Below are positions 27,890 through 37,800 of a stretch of 64,000 nt of DNA, piece after piece. Origin of the DNA: an uncultured Gammaproteobacteria bacterium (GTDB lineage Bacteria; Patescibacteriota; Microgenomatia; UBA8517; JACQJR01); the NCBI GenBank assembly GCA_964442455.1, contig CAYTZB010000005.1, positions 5,152 through 69,151 on the forward strand, in the 5' to 3' direction. A model generated the notes under the pieces. The model was not told the DNA's origin. It saw only the letters and a list, made by a program, of their open reading frames with translations, and made no database searches. The translations under genes and the position numbers were made by a program. How positions within the stretch are numbered: position 1 is the first letter of the stretch; the number at the start of each line of letters is the position of its first letter.

Positions 27890-28414
27890 TCAGCCATGGC
27901 GCTCTTTTCCTTGTACACTATGGATTTCAAATTCAGGCGATAGGGGAAGCTGAAATTGGTTTACTTTTCCTCCTTCACTACCAGCTTTTAGCCACCTATC
28001 AATTACTCCCTCGGGGTTTTGCGAGTGATAGATTGCATAGCGAAATGGAGCAAGCCAATCTCTTCCTTCCAAGAGAGAAGTTACTGTGTCTACAATCACT
28101 GATACGGGTATTTCCCTCCTTCCCCCAGAAAGAAAATCTCCCTTCGCTCTTTCTATCACCTCATTCGTCTCCTCTGCCGCTAGTCGCCCCTCAGTTGCCT
28201 CACGAATTGACTGTCCAAGCTTTTCAGCGTCAAACTTTTCTCTTTTCCCACCCGGATGTACAACAACCCTGCCTTCAATATCTGTCGAGACAGTCTCAAC
28301 CGTATTAAAACGCCCAGAACAGCTCTCACACTTTCTTCTTCTTCGTACCTCCCCACCATTTGCTCTCGAGTCAGTTACCTCATTTTTCTCGCTACCACAA
28401 TAAGGACAATTCAT
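27890..28414 (-). CDS. nrdR: Transcriptional repressor NrdR (Zn-ribbon plus ATP-cone)
   Basis: 174 aa. 'MNCPYCGSEKNEVTDSRANGGEVRRRRKCESCSGRFNTVE' is the NrdR zinc ribbon. An ATP-cone-like region follows. Confidence 0.75.
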   Translation of the reverse strand: MNCPYCGSEKNEVTDSRANGGEVRRRRKCESCSGRFNTVETVSTDIEGRVVVHPGGKREKFDAEKLGQSIREATEGRLAAEETNEVIERAKGDFLSGGRREIPVSVIVDTVTSLLEGRDWLAPFRYAIYHSQNPEGVIDRWLKAGSEGGKVNQFQLPLSPEFEIHSVQGKERHG

Positions 28415-28465
28415 ACTACGTTATATACACCTTCACGGGGAAGAAAACAAGCCTGAAATTAGAAG

Positions 28466-28990
28466 TTATGTATGTCTATCTGCAACCACAAATGCGCCGT
28501 AGCTCTCGGGTTTCGTTTTTGCCGTATACCCGCTCCCACTTACCATTCCTACCACTTCCCTGATCATATCACGGGTTGGACCAATCGGCCCGACGTCAAT
28601 GTGAATTTCAAGATCGTATTTTGAAGGAGGAACAACCTTCCGAATAGCGGGGACGAACTTCTCTGCCAACTCGAGAGAGAGGAGCGTCTCTCGATAAATC
28701 TTATCCCGAAGAACAAGCTTACTCTTCAGTTTAGTTTTGCTCCAGAAATAGCGTCCTCCACGACCCGCCCTGTGTATGACAATTGCTGTCACGAAGTCAA
28801 TCTCGGCTTCGCCGTTTATTCTCTTAGTTTGAGAATCCGTGCCGATAACTAGCCTATAGAAGCTTGTGGGATCCTCGTTAACGAAGTTAGCAATCTCAGA
28901 AATTACTTTCTCTAAGTTTAATTGTCCTAATGTCGGGTTATAAAACAGGCCGCTGTGCTGTCCTCCCGAGCCATTACTGCCATTTTCCAT
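28466..28990 (-). CDS. RNase H-like protein of the DUF458/YkuK family
   Basis: 174 aa. 'IGTDSQ' and the C-terminal 'ADRHT' match the YkuK family signature (B. subtilis YkuK has IGTDSH ... ADRHTK). Confidence 0.5.
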   Translation of the reverse strand: MENGSNGSGGQHSGLFYNPTLGQLNLEKVISEIANFVNEDPTSFYRLVIGTDSQTKRINGEAEIDFVTAIVIHRAGRGGRYFWSKTKLKSKLVLRDKIYRETLLSLELAEKFVPAIRKVVPPSKYDLEIHIDVGPIGPTRDMIREVVGMVSGSGYTAKTKPESYGAFVVADRHT

Positions 28991-29009
28991 ACCTCACTAT
29001 TATACCACT

Positions 29010-29444
29010 TTATATATCCAAAATCACTTGGGCGCGAAGCATACCTGTTTTTGTTTTCCCGACCTCGTATAAACGTTTGGTTGGGGCTTTGACATCGACT
29101 TTGAGTTTGTGTTTTTTAGGGTCTATTCGCTCCCCATACGCAAAGCCCTGTATAACCCAACTTTTCCCTTCCCGTGTCACACCAAGTTTTATGTCTTTAA
29201 ACAATAGTTGTTTTGCATTTTTCAAAAACACTAAATGTTCAAGTAGGCTAAAAAGGAGCTCCGACAAACTTCCCTCGCGCAAATTAAGTACCTCTTTCTC
29301 GCGGTTTCTCAAGGTTTTTGTATCAACCATAGCCTCCTCTAAAGCCCGAGCCGCATTCTCTAAAAGTTGTCTCTGTGTTCTCCCAAATGCCTCAAAGGCA
29401 ATATCGGCAGTTGCAATTTCTGGTAAGAATCTAAAATTTGGCAT
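29010..29444 (-). CDS. Archease (tRNA-ligase/methyltransferase chaperone)
   Basis: 'FRFLPEIATADIAFEAFGRTQRQLLENAARALEEAMVD' is the archease N-terminal motif. The start was moved to the internal Met (MPNFRF), because the upstream Met would overlap rmlD by 56 nt. Confidence 0.65.
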   Translation of the reverse strand: MPNFRFLPEIATADIAFEAFGRTQRQLLENAARALEEAMVDTKTLRNREKEVLNLREGSLSELLFSLLEHLVFLKNAKQLLFKDIKLGVTREGKSWVIQGFAYGERIDPKKHKLKVDVKAPTKRLYEVGKTKTGMLRAQVILDI

Positions 29445-30420
29445 TGTTTGTTCTGAATTGAGGCACAAATTTGCCTGCCCAGTCAAGAAGCATTATAGGA
29501 AGTGACCGAAGATCACGAAGACCAAAGGAGCCAACGTAGCGACCGTTTGGTATATCGAATGCATTATATTGAGGACGAGGGGCCGGTCGAGTTGCGCTAA
29601 ATTCGTCAAATGTTATCTCTTTAATAAGACTGTGGTCGAAAGATAAACCATATTTTTCAACACTATTAACTACCATCTGGGCAAATTCAAATGGGGTAAC
29701 TACAGTAGGTGATGCAACGTGCCAAATTCCGTAATCTTCTGAGTCCGCAATACGCAATATCGCATGAGCATAATCTTCTGCGTACCCCGGTGTTATCAAT
29801 TGATCAGTAACAACGGCAAATGTCTCGCCTCTTGAGAGTCTCTGTACCACTAAACGAGGAAAATCAAGCTTCATATCTTGCTCGTGGGTAAATGGCAATT
29901 GAATACGAACAATGTGGACTTTTCCTCCTGGAGCCGTAACCCTTTGTTCAGCCTCTGCTTTTGTTTGACAATAAAACCCATCTACGGGAGCAGCGGGCTC
30001 ATCTTCTTTATGAGGACAGTTTTCTTTTAAGCCTGCCAAAACATAGTCTGTCGAGATATGAACGAGTGGTATATCAAGGGCCAGACAGGAAAGAGCAAGC
30101 CTTTGCGGTCCAGAGACATTCGTTTGCCATACCTTTCCCTCTTTATTTCCCCTCTCTTTTTCACACTCATCCACGTTTGTTTTCGCAGCAAAATTAACGA
30201 CAACTGAAGGTCTATACCGCTGGAGAAAAGAAAGCATGCGTGACACTCGCATTTCTGCAATATCGAACTCTTGGTGTGAGGGAACAATGACTTCTATGTC
30301 TTCCCTCCTGGCAGCGTTCGCGAACGATCTCCCGGTAAGTCCTGAAGCTCCTAAAACAAAGAGTGTCGGTCTTGGTTCTCCTTCTTTGCGACTATCAAAC
30401 TCTCTTCCTATGTGTACCAT
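29431..30420 (-). CDS. rfbD: dTDP-4-dehydrorhamnose reductase RmlD
   Basis: 'LFVLGASGLTGRS' is the Rossmann motif, and the remaining sequence has the RmlD profile. The internal Met at 30420 is preferred, with AGAGGG 9 nt upstream. The ORF-track start at 30468 adds 16 aa. Confidence 0.75.
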   Translation of the reverse strand: MVHIGREFDSRKEGEPRPTLFVLGASGLTGRSFANAARREDIEVIVPSHQEFDIAEMRVSRMLSFLQRYRPSVVVNFAAKTNVDECEKERGNKEGKVWQTNVSGPQRLALSCLALDIPLVHISTDYVLAGLKENCPHKEDEPAAPVDGFYCQTKAEAEQRVTAPGGKVHIVRIQLPFTHEQDMKLDFPRLVVQRLSRGETFAVVTDQLITPGYAEDYAHAILRIADSEDYGIWHVASPTVVTPFEFAQMVVNSVEKYGLSFDHSLIKEITFDEFSATRPAPRPQYNAFDIPNGRYVGSFGLRDLRSLPIMLLDWAGKFVPQFRTNNAKF

Positions 30421-31144
30421 TTTTCTTTGCCCTCTGGGCTTTGGAGGCCCAGTAGGCGCTTGCCTCAAAAAGTGTTTGGAATGTTCCTGCGTCTCGCCAA
30501 AAACCGGGAAGTTCTACCCAGTGAAGTTTATTCCCTTGAATATAGAAGTTATTGACATCGGTAATTTCAAGCTGACCTCTCTTTGATGGTTTGATTTTTG
30601 AAATCTTAGTAAAAACAGTTGCATCATAAATATAAAGCCCTGTTACCGCATATGAGCTTTTAGGTACTTTTGGTTTTTCTTCAATTCTCGTGATTTGCCG
30701 CTTAGTAAATACGGGCACACCAAAACGTTGCGGATCAGGAACTTTCTTCAAGAAAATTAAAGCACCGTCAATAAAATTTTTTACCGGTTTGGTAATATCA
30801 GCATCTGTCGTATTATCTCCTAAGATAACAACAAGCGGCTCGTTACCGGCAAAGTCACGGGCGAGAGAGAGGGCATGAGCAATTCCACCGAGCGCATCAT
30901 CTTGGTAGGCATATTCAAGATGGTTAACCCCTAACTCTTTTCCATTTTGTAATACACGAATGAAATCGCCCGCATGAGGGCCACCGGTCACCACCATAAT
31001 CTCTTTTATCCCCGCATTAACCAATGTTTTAATTGGATAAAAAATCATTGGCTGGTTGTACACGGGCAGGAGATGTTTATTGGTCGCAAAGGTGAGAGGA
31101 TATAATCTCGTACCGAGTCCACCCGCTAAAACGACACCTTTCAT
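30395..31144 (-). CDS. rfbA: Glucose-1-phosphate thymidylyltransferase RmlA
   Basis: 249 aa. 'MKGVVLAGGLGTRLYPLTFATNKHLLPVYNQPMIFYPIKTL' is canonical RmlA. Overlaps rmlD by 26 nt. Confidence 0.85.
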   Translation of the reverse strand: MKGVVLAGGLGTRLYPLTFATNKHLLPVYNQPMIFYPIKTLVNAGIKEIMVVTGGPHAGDFIRVLQNGKELGVNHLEYAYQDDALGGIAHALSLARDFAGNEPLVVILGDNTTDADITKPVKNFIDGALIFLKKVPDPQRFGVPVFTKRQITRIEEKPKVPKSSYAVTGLYIYDATVFTKISKIKPSKRGQLEITDVNNFYIQGNKLHWVELPGFWRDAGTFQTLFEASAYWASKAQRAKKNGTHRKRV

Positions 31145-31147
31145 ATT

Positions 31148-31393
31148 TTACAAAAGCAGGCTTATTATAATAATACTCCCCAACAGCGCAATACCCACAT
31201 ATTCTACCACAACTTCAAAATATAAGTCATCGTGAAGGAAGTGGTGTACAATTCCCCAAGTAACGTACGAAACAGCCAGAGCAATAATCAATGCGATTTG
31301 AAAATTTTTATCCCAGGAAAAAACACTGAAGCCAACAAGCGCTATAGCAAAAAGCCCAAAAAGAACAAGATAGTGTGAAAAACGACGAGCCAT
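31148..31393 (-). CDS. Small membrane protein (2-3 TM), hypothetical
   Basis: 81 aa, hydrophobic. Starts 3 nt from the heptamer repeat. Confidence 0.4.
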   Translation of the reverse strand: MARRFSHYLVLFGLFAIALVGFSVFSWDKNFQIALIIALAVSYVTWGIVHHFLHDDLYFEVVVEYVGIALLGSIIIISLLL

Positions 31394-31395
31394 TT

Positions 31396-31423
31396 AAATT
31401 GAAAATTGAAAATTGAAAATTGA
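31396..31423. repeat. Heptanucleotide tandem repeat AAATTGA x4 in the 5'UTR/RBS region of 31148..31393
   Basis: Four perfect copies, immediately adjacent to the start codon and downstream of the stop of the CAP-domain gene. Confidence 0.85.
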
Positions 31424-31431
31424 AAATTTAA

Positions 31432-32427
31432 TCACAATATACTTCCTCTTTGAGTAATAAATAACATCATTCCTATACTTACCAAAAACCCGAAGTGTGC
31501 TAGATGCCTGGCTCCAATGCGTACCACTCGTGTCTCCAAAAGCGCCACTGCGTCAAAAACAAGAACAAGAAGGAGCATTCCCACTATAGTCATCCCCACA
31601 TTACGTTGGAGAGAGAATGGCGAAATAAGGGTGATGCCCGCTGCTGCTGCCAGCGGTCCCCCTGAAGCTGGAGTAGGAAGAGCAGCAACGATAGCAGCAG
31701 GGGTTGGCTGTGCCTGGGAAGAGGGTGTAACCGTTGGCGAGATAGATGCCTGCACGGTCGAAGGGACTGCCGTTGGCGCCACAGAGGGTGTCGGTTGAGG
31801 TGTTGATACAACTGGAGTGGGTTCTGTGGAGTTTTGAGCTACCTGTATGGGTGCACTACTTCCAAGCCTTGTGCCTAAAAGCTGGACAACAATGGTAGTA
31901 GGCTTTCCGCTCAGCTCGCCTTGCACCACCGCAATACCAATATCCTGATATTTTCCTGAAAGCATGTTATCTCTGTGTGTCGGGGACGCTATCCACGCAT
32001 TGACCACCTGCTCGGGCGAATCAAAGTCCCGCGCCAAGTTCTCTCCCGCATACCGATACTCGTAACCCGAACTAAGAAAAAATGTCCATGGCGTGGTCCC
32101 GTCAGGCGCCACGTGTGCCCAGTATCCTTTTGCAAGCATATCTTGCCCTTTTGCTGCCGCGGCAGATGAGAGCGTCGGGTCGAGCCGAAGAGAAGAGAAA
32201 CCTGATTGTGCCCGTTTTTGATTGGTGAGCTCGACTAACGCTTGCACAGGAAGTGAAGTAGCGGTTAATCCTAGAACTCTCGCAACATGGGTAGGCACAC
32301 GCACGACATATAACATAAGAAGGACACCCGCTATAACAAAAAGAGAAGAAGAATGTAAAATCTTAGCCTTAAAATTATTCGCGTGAGAGGGAAGCAAAAA
32401 ATGGGCAAGGATGGCAGCAGCGCTCAT
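31432..32427 (-). CDS. CAP/SCP/PR-1-like domain protein with an N-terminal TM anchor, a Pro/Thr/Ser-rich linker and C-terminal TM segments
   Basis: 331 aa. 'LVELTNQKRAQSGFSSLRLDPTLSSAAAAKGQDMLAKGYWAHV...GENLARDFDSPEQVVNAWIASPTHRDNMLSGKYQDIGIAV' is a CAP domain (YkwD-like). The GC-rich part of the gene (31590-31800) encodes the PTPS linker. Confidence 0.6.
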   Translation of the reverse strand: MSAAAILAHFLLPSHANNFKAKILHSSSLFVIAGVLLMLYVVRVPTHVARVLGLTATSLPVQALVELTNQKRAQSGFSSLRLDPTLSSAAAAKGQDMLAKGYWAHVAPDGTTPWTFFLSSGYEYRYAGENLARDFDSPEQVVNAWIASPTHRDNMLSGKYQDIGIAVVQGELSGKPTTIVVQLLGTRLGSSAPIQVAQNSTEPTPVVSTPQPTPSVAPTAVPSTVQASISPTVTPSSQAQPTPAAIVAALPTPASGGPLAAAAGITLISPFSLQRNVGMTIVGMLLLVLVFDAVALLETRVVRIGARHLAHFGFLVSIGMMLFITQRGSIL

Positions 32428-32458
32428 AACGTGCTTTCATTGTAACAGAGGGAAAAGT

Positions 32459-32533
32459 GAAAACTCAAGATACATACTGTATACTCATCTTACTTGAGTT
32501 TTCAACTTTTAAGCCTGCCTGCCGGCAGGCAGG
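32459..32533. promoter_or_regulatory. Divergent intergenic region holding a long imperfect inverted repeat (GAAAACTCAAG...CTTGAGTTTTC, 32459-32503) and a perfect 20-bp GC palindrome CCTGCCTGCCGGCAGGCAGG (32514-32533)
   Basis: The 11-bp arms are read directly from the sequence. The GC palindrome is nearly identical to CCTGCCTGCGCAGGCAGG inside the 7263-7433 element. Confidence 0.5.
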
Positions 32534-32566
32534 GTATTCGTATATACCTGTTTTACATCATTTTTA

Positions 32567-34816
32567 ATGCAAATTAAGGTTAAACAGGTATATAATAACG
32601 CCATGAAGCAAAATACCCTCTTTGAGATTAAAACACCCCGCGCAGGGAAAGAAACACCCGAGCAAGCTGCGACGGTATTTTCCGCACTCGCTTCCCAGCG
32701 GCCAACGCTCCTTTCACGGCTCACTGGAAGGCTAAAACCGTTCTTTTTTGAAATCGCAGGGTTTGACCAATCCATCCACTTTTACGCCAGCGTTCCCCAA
32801 GAAGTCGGCTCGTATTTTACTTCGCAACTTACCGCACAATATCCCCAAGCGCAAATTATCCCCGCTACCGACTACCTTACCTCTTTCCCACAAAATGAGA
32901 ACGAGGTAGCTCAACTGGCTCTTGCCAATTATTCTTATTATCCGCTGAAGGCCTGGCGAGATGTAGGCGAGGATACCGACCCGCTCTCCCCGGTGTTGGG
33001 TGTACTGGCAAACCTTAACGCACAACAACGTGCGTTGGTACAGCTAGTAGTGGTACCTGCGTCTGCCTCATGGCAGGAGAGAGGACGGGCATTCTTAACC
33101 ACTGGAATACAAACTCCTGAAGGAGGAACACGAACTCACCCCAAAGCCGCACTTGTTGAGCGCAAATTAGGAGCGAGCCAAGCGTTTGTAGTAGGAATAC
33201 GACTGCTTGTGCACGGAGAAACAAAAGCCGATGCCCAGGCTCTTCTGGGAAACCTGACTGGCTCGTTTGGTGCTTTTTCCCTAGGTGAGGGAAATGCGTT
33301 GGTGGTAAGTAATCCCTTCTTCTTTCGCAAGAAGCAGCTTGAGGGGTCAATAATAGCTCGTCTACCCAAACCCCTTCCTCAGGGAAATATCCTGACCGTT
33401 GACGAGCTTGCAACACTTTGGCATCTTCCGACAGAACCGCTGTCTAGAATTCCCACTATATCCTGGGGAGGAAAGCTCATGAGCGAGCCACCGGAAAATT
33501 TGCCCATTGGAACCTCCCAAGAGAAAGATGAAATTAACTTTTTTGCAAGAGCGGATTTTAAGGGAAAACCAACAGTATTTGGAGTGAAACGAGTGGATAG
33601 ACGCCGCCATATGTATCTGATTGGAAAAACAGGCACCGGTAAGTCGACCCTCATTGCCAATATGGCAATAAACGATATGCGAAATCGAGAGGGAGTAGCG
33701 GTAATTGACCCCCATGGGGATTTATCCGATATTTTGCTTGATTACGTACCTTCATTCCGCATTAACGACATTGTTTATTTAGACGCTGCGGACCGTAACT
33801 ACCCGTTTCACCTAAACTTGTTTGAGGGAGCAGAAAGTGGGCAACATGACTTAATTGCCTCGGGTATTGTGGCAATTTTCTACAAACTCTACCATTATTC
33901 GTGGGGACCTCGACTTGAGTATGTATTCAGAAATGCTATCTTAACGCTGCTTGAACAACCCGGCTCAACGCTTGTTGATATACCACGCCTCTTAACCGAC
34001 CGCGGTTTTCGGGAGAAGATTGTCTCACAAAGTAAAGACCGGATACTTGTCAACTTTTGGAAAAAAGAGTTTGAGGGAATGGGTGAAAGACTGCAAGCCG
34101 AGACAATCTCCCCAATTCTCAATAAAGTTGGACAATTTGTCTCTTCTCCGCTCATTCGCAATATTATAGGGCATCCGCGCTCAACAATTAACTTAGGAAA
34201 AATTATGAATGAAGGGAAAATTTTAGTCCTCAATTTGTCACAGGGAAAATTGGGAGAAGACAACTCATCACTTTTGGGAGCAATGGTCGTTACCAAACTT
34301 CAGCTTGCTGCCATGGAGCGAGTGAATGTTCCGGAGAGCGAGCGGCGGGACTTTTTCTTGTATGTTGATGAGTTTCAAAATTTTGCCACCACCTCATTTA
34401 TCAAGATTCTCTCTGAAGCACGAAAATATCGGCTGTCTTTAGTCCTTGCCAATCAATATATTGCACAAGTCCCTGAAGATGTCCAAAAGGCAATCTTAGG
34501 CAATGTTGGTAGCTTGGTCTCGTTCGTGGTGAGTGCGCAGGACGCGCACGTTTTGGCGCAAGAATTCGGCGACGTGTATAAAGAAGAGGACTTAGTCGCG
34601 CTTGATAATTGGCAAGTCGTTGTAAAAATGGCAATTGAGGGGAAAACTTCCCGTCCCTTCGTAGCCACCACTCTGCCACTGCCTCGTTCACGCAACAAAA
34701 ACCGTGCAAAAATCATTAACGTATCGCGGGAACGCTATGCAAAACCGCTCACTGCTCACACCTCACAAGCTCATGCGGCTGAGGAAGTAGTTCTCTACAA
34801 AGCACAGAATCGCTAA
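32567..34816 (+). CDS. VirD4/TraD/TrwB-like P-loop ATPase (FtsK-HerA superfamily, T4SS DNA-binding-domain type) with no N-terminal TM anchor
   Basis: 749 aa. The Walker A is 'YLIGKTGTGKSTLIANMA' and the Walker B is 'FFLYVDEFQNF', followed by a C-terminal 'LVLANQYIAQVP'. The roughly 330-aa N-terminal region is soluble and novel. The true start is possibly MKQNTLFEI at 32603. Confidence 0.6.
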   Translation: MQIKVKQVYNNAMKQNTLFEIKTPRAGKETPEQAATVFSALASQRPTLLSRLTGRLKPFFFEIAGFDQSIHFYASVPQEVGSYFTSQLTAQYPQAQIIPATDYLTSFPQNENEVAQLALANYSYYPLKAWRDVGEDTDPLSPVLGVLANLNAQQRALVQLVVVPASASWQERGRAFLTTGIQTPEGGTRTHPKAALVERKLGASQAFVVGIRLLVHGETKADAQALLGNLTGSFGAFSLGEGNALVVSNPFFFRKKQLEGSIIARLPKPLPQGNILTVDELATLWHLPTEPLSRIPTISWGGKLMSEPPENLPIGTSQEKDEINFFARADFKGKPTVFGVKRVDRRRHMYLIGKTGTGKSTLIANMAINDMRNREGVAVIDPHGDLSDILLDYVPSFRINDIVYLDAADRNYPFHLNLFEGAESGQHDLIASGIVAIFYKLYHYSWGPRLEYVFRNAILTLLEQPGSTLVDIPRLLTDRGFREKIVSQSKDRILVNFWKKEFEGMGERLQAETISPILNKVGQFVSSPLIRNIIGHPRSTINLGKIMNEGKILVLNLSQGKLGEDNSSLLGAMVVTKLQLAAMERVNVPESERRDFFLYVDEFQNFATTSFIKILSEARKYRLSLVLANQYIAQVPEDVQKAILGNVGSLVSFVVSAQDAHVLAQEFGDVYKEEDLVALDNWQVVVKMAIEGKTSRPFVATTLPLPRSRNKNRAKIINVSRERYAKPLTAHTSQAHAAEEVVLYKAQNR

Positions 34817-37800
34817 TTATTCGCGGGGACGACGGGGCCAAAAAACCAAAGCACCAATAACTACTATAAGAATTACACCGAGGGCGAGTAAACGATTACC
34901 AGAAAGCCGTTCAAGTAATCCGCCCTGTTCTTCCCCAACAGGAGTTGGTGCCGCCGAAGGTGTCGGAGTTGCTTCTCCTCCCAAAATCTCACCCTCGCTT
35001 GGTTCTTCTTTCGGTAAAATCTTTACCTCTCCAACACCACCAGCAACTGCCCCAGTAGTCGTTGCGGCCGACGCCAGCACTGCTCCGGCGGTAACCTGTG
35101 CCTCTTGATCAGCAACTATGCCTGAGCCATTTCCTGCATGGTCAACTGCCCGCAGAGCGTAAAAGTATGTCTTTCCACTCTCAAGGCCAAAATTATCCCA
35201 TGACATTTGCTGGTCAGGTGCTCCTCCTACCTCTCCCACTTTAGTTCCCCCATCAGCTGTAAACTCCGGTTTATCCGAGCGGTAAATAAACACTCTGCTG
35301 AAATCAGAATCGCCCGGGTTTTTCCAGAAAAGACGGTAGCTTGAGTCAGAAGGTCTTTCCTTCCTGTACTCTTGAACTCCTGATGGTCCTGAGTGGTCAA
35401 AATTTGTATTGGTCTCGTCAGCAGAAGTATCCGCTCCGCCAGTCACCTCAACTCGAAAGATATATTTCCCTTGACCGTCATAGAAATCAGCGCCTGTTAC
35501 CAAAACTTTATTGGTTGCGCCAGTTGTTGAGGAGTTAACCAAACTTCTAAATGTTCCACCATCCTTCTTGACGAAGAAGTTGGCTGTTACAGAATCGCCC
35601 TCTATGTCAAGCGCAGTATAGGAGATGTAGAAAGTATCTGTATTGGTGTAGGAAGGCAAGTCGAGTATATCAACGGTCACTGCCGCTTTGGCTGGCGAAA
35701 CCTGTGCAACAAATATGAAGAGCAACAGTACAACTACGCTACCCAAAAACTTTTTCCAAAGACCACTCTTTTTTGCTCTTCCTTTTCTTCTTGGTGCAAG
35801 TGCCAGGCCGAGGCGTCTCAAACCAAATCCTGCTCCCAAGAGGAAGCCAACATATACAAGCCAGACAGTATTAGCACCGGCTGCCGGAAGTTCTGTTACT
35901 GCAGCAAGCACTTGTGGCTGGTGAATATCGTATGAGATGAAGACACCCTTTCCTATCGGGACCGATGAACGGACAATATTACTTTGGAATGTGTCACTTC
36001 CCGTACCCTGGGCAAAGGCAAGGTTTGTGTGGGTACCGGCATGAATATCACTTGCAATAACCGCCTTATAGGTAACAGTCAAGGATGCAGTGCCAGCAAT
36101 ATCTCCAAGATTATTCCAGGTTAAGATGTTGCCTGAGACTGAGTCGGGGTCAGCAGGCGTTCCTGTCAAAGGAATAAATGTAAATCCGCTAGGCAAGACA
36201 TCAACTAATCTGACATCATGCAGTGTTCCACCACCGGTATTGGTAATGACCAATGTATATGTGACCACATCCGAACCAGAAGCACTGGAGGTATGGTCAT
36301 TTGTCTTGGTAAGCGAAATGCCAGGAAGTAATTTTTGGTTGGTAAAGGTACAAGTGACACCATCTGTGGTCAAGTTCACAACAATCTCATTGGTAGTACC
36401 GCTTGTCTCGTCCGAACAACTCCAGGAAACTAAGCCAAATTCTTCTTGTAGGTCTTCTGAAATTGTATAGCTTTCGGTTGGTAGGGTGCGGGTTTGGCCT
36501 GTCGCAATATTCTGCTCAACACCTGCTATATCCCATGTCCAGTTAGTTGCGCCAATTATGTCTTCTTCATCATTCAAATCGCCGTCTCCATTTGCATCCA
36601 CGTTCTTGAGAACAGTCAAATCTCCTGTATCCCGCGCATTACAGAGAGTAATCTCGGCACTCTGGTCTTCTTCTACTGTTATGCTTGCTGGGAGTTCTGC
36701 ATTTTCTGGATCCTCACAAGTTCCTTCTCCCTCAAACCAACCAACGAAGTGGTAACCAAGAACATTATTTTCTGAAACATCGTATGTTCCTGTATCAAGG
36801 GGACCAGCACTTTCTCCCATTTCTCTTTCCGGTGTTTCCTCATCAATTCCCCAACGGAAGCCCAGTTCATTTGCTACATCATTATCGCCCTCAAAGCTAC
36901 CGTCACCGTTGGTATCTACTTGTTTATTGACTACGATTTCTCCAATATCACGGGTGTTTGTAATCGTGCAGGTTACATCCTCACCCTCATCAAGGATAAC
37001 TGTCCCACCAAGCACTTCTGGGCATTTCTCGTCTCCGGTAATTGATGTAAAGCTGTAACCTTCTAGCCCGTCCTCGTCAATTGCGATTGGAGTATTCGCA
37101 TCAACCTCGGTTGCAAAACCAGATAATACTCCTATGTCATCAACCAGGAGACCGAAATCGTCTGGGTCTGCATTCCCGCCAATAACTTCTTTAATAAGAG
37201 TAATTGTTGGAATAATATCATCGTTGGTTATGGTACAAGAGATATTTTCTCCTTCATCCAAGGTAACTGTTCCACCAAGAGTATTTGGACACTTAGCATC
37301 CCCTGTAATAGATACAAAGTTGTAGCCGTCAAGAACAGTCTCATTGATTGTGTGAGGTTGATTGGCAGAAACTTGGGTTGTGGAACCCGATAAGACAACG
37401 TTCCCATCTATTGTTGGGTCAAAATCGTTAGGCTGCGCATTACCACCGTTATTATTTACAACAACCTTAGTAAGTGTAATGGTTGGACCAACATCGTTGT
37501 TTGTGATAGTACACGTAATACTTTCTCCTTCATCAAGAGTTACAGTTCCGCCAAGAATTTCTGGGCATTTTGCATCTCCTGAAATCGAAACGAAGGAATA
37601 ACCTGTTAGTCCAACTTCGTTAATTACTATTGGGGTATTAGCGGAAACCGTGGTTGTAGCTCCGGACAAGACCGCTGAACCACCAACTGAAATTCCAAAA
37701 TCGTCTGAACCTGCATTACCTCCATTATCATTGATTACTTCCTTAATTAAGGTTATGGATGGAGCTATATCATCGTTGGTTATAGTACAAGTGACGCTTT

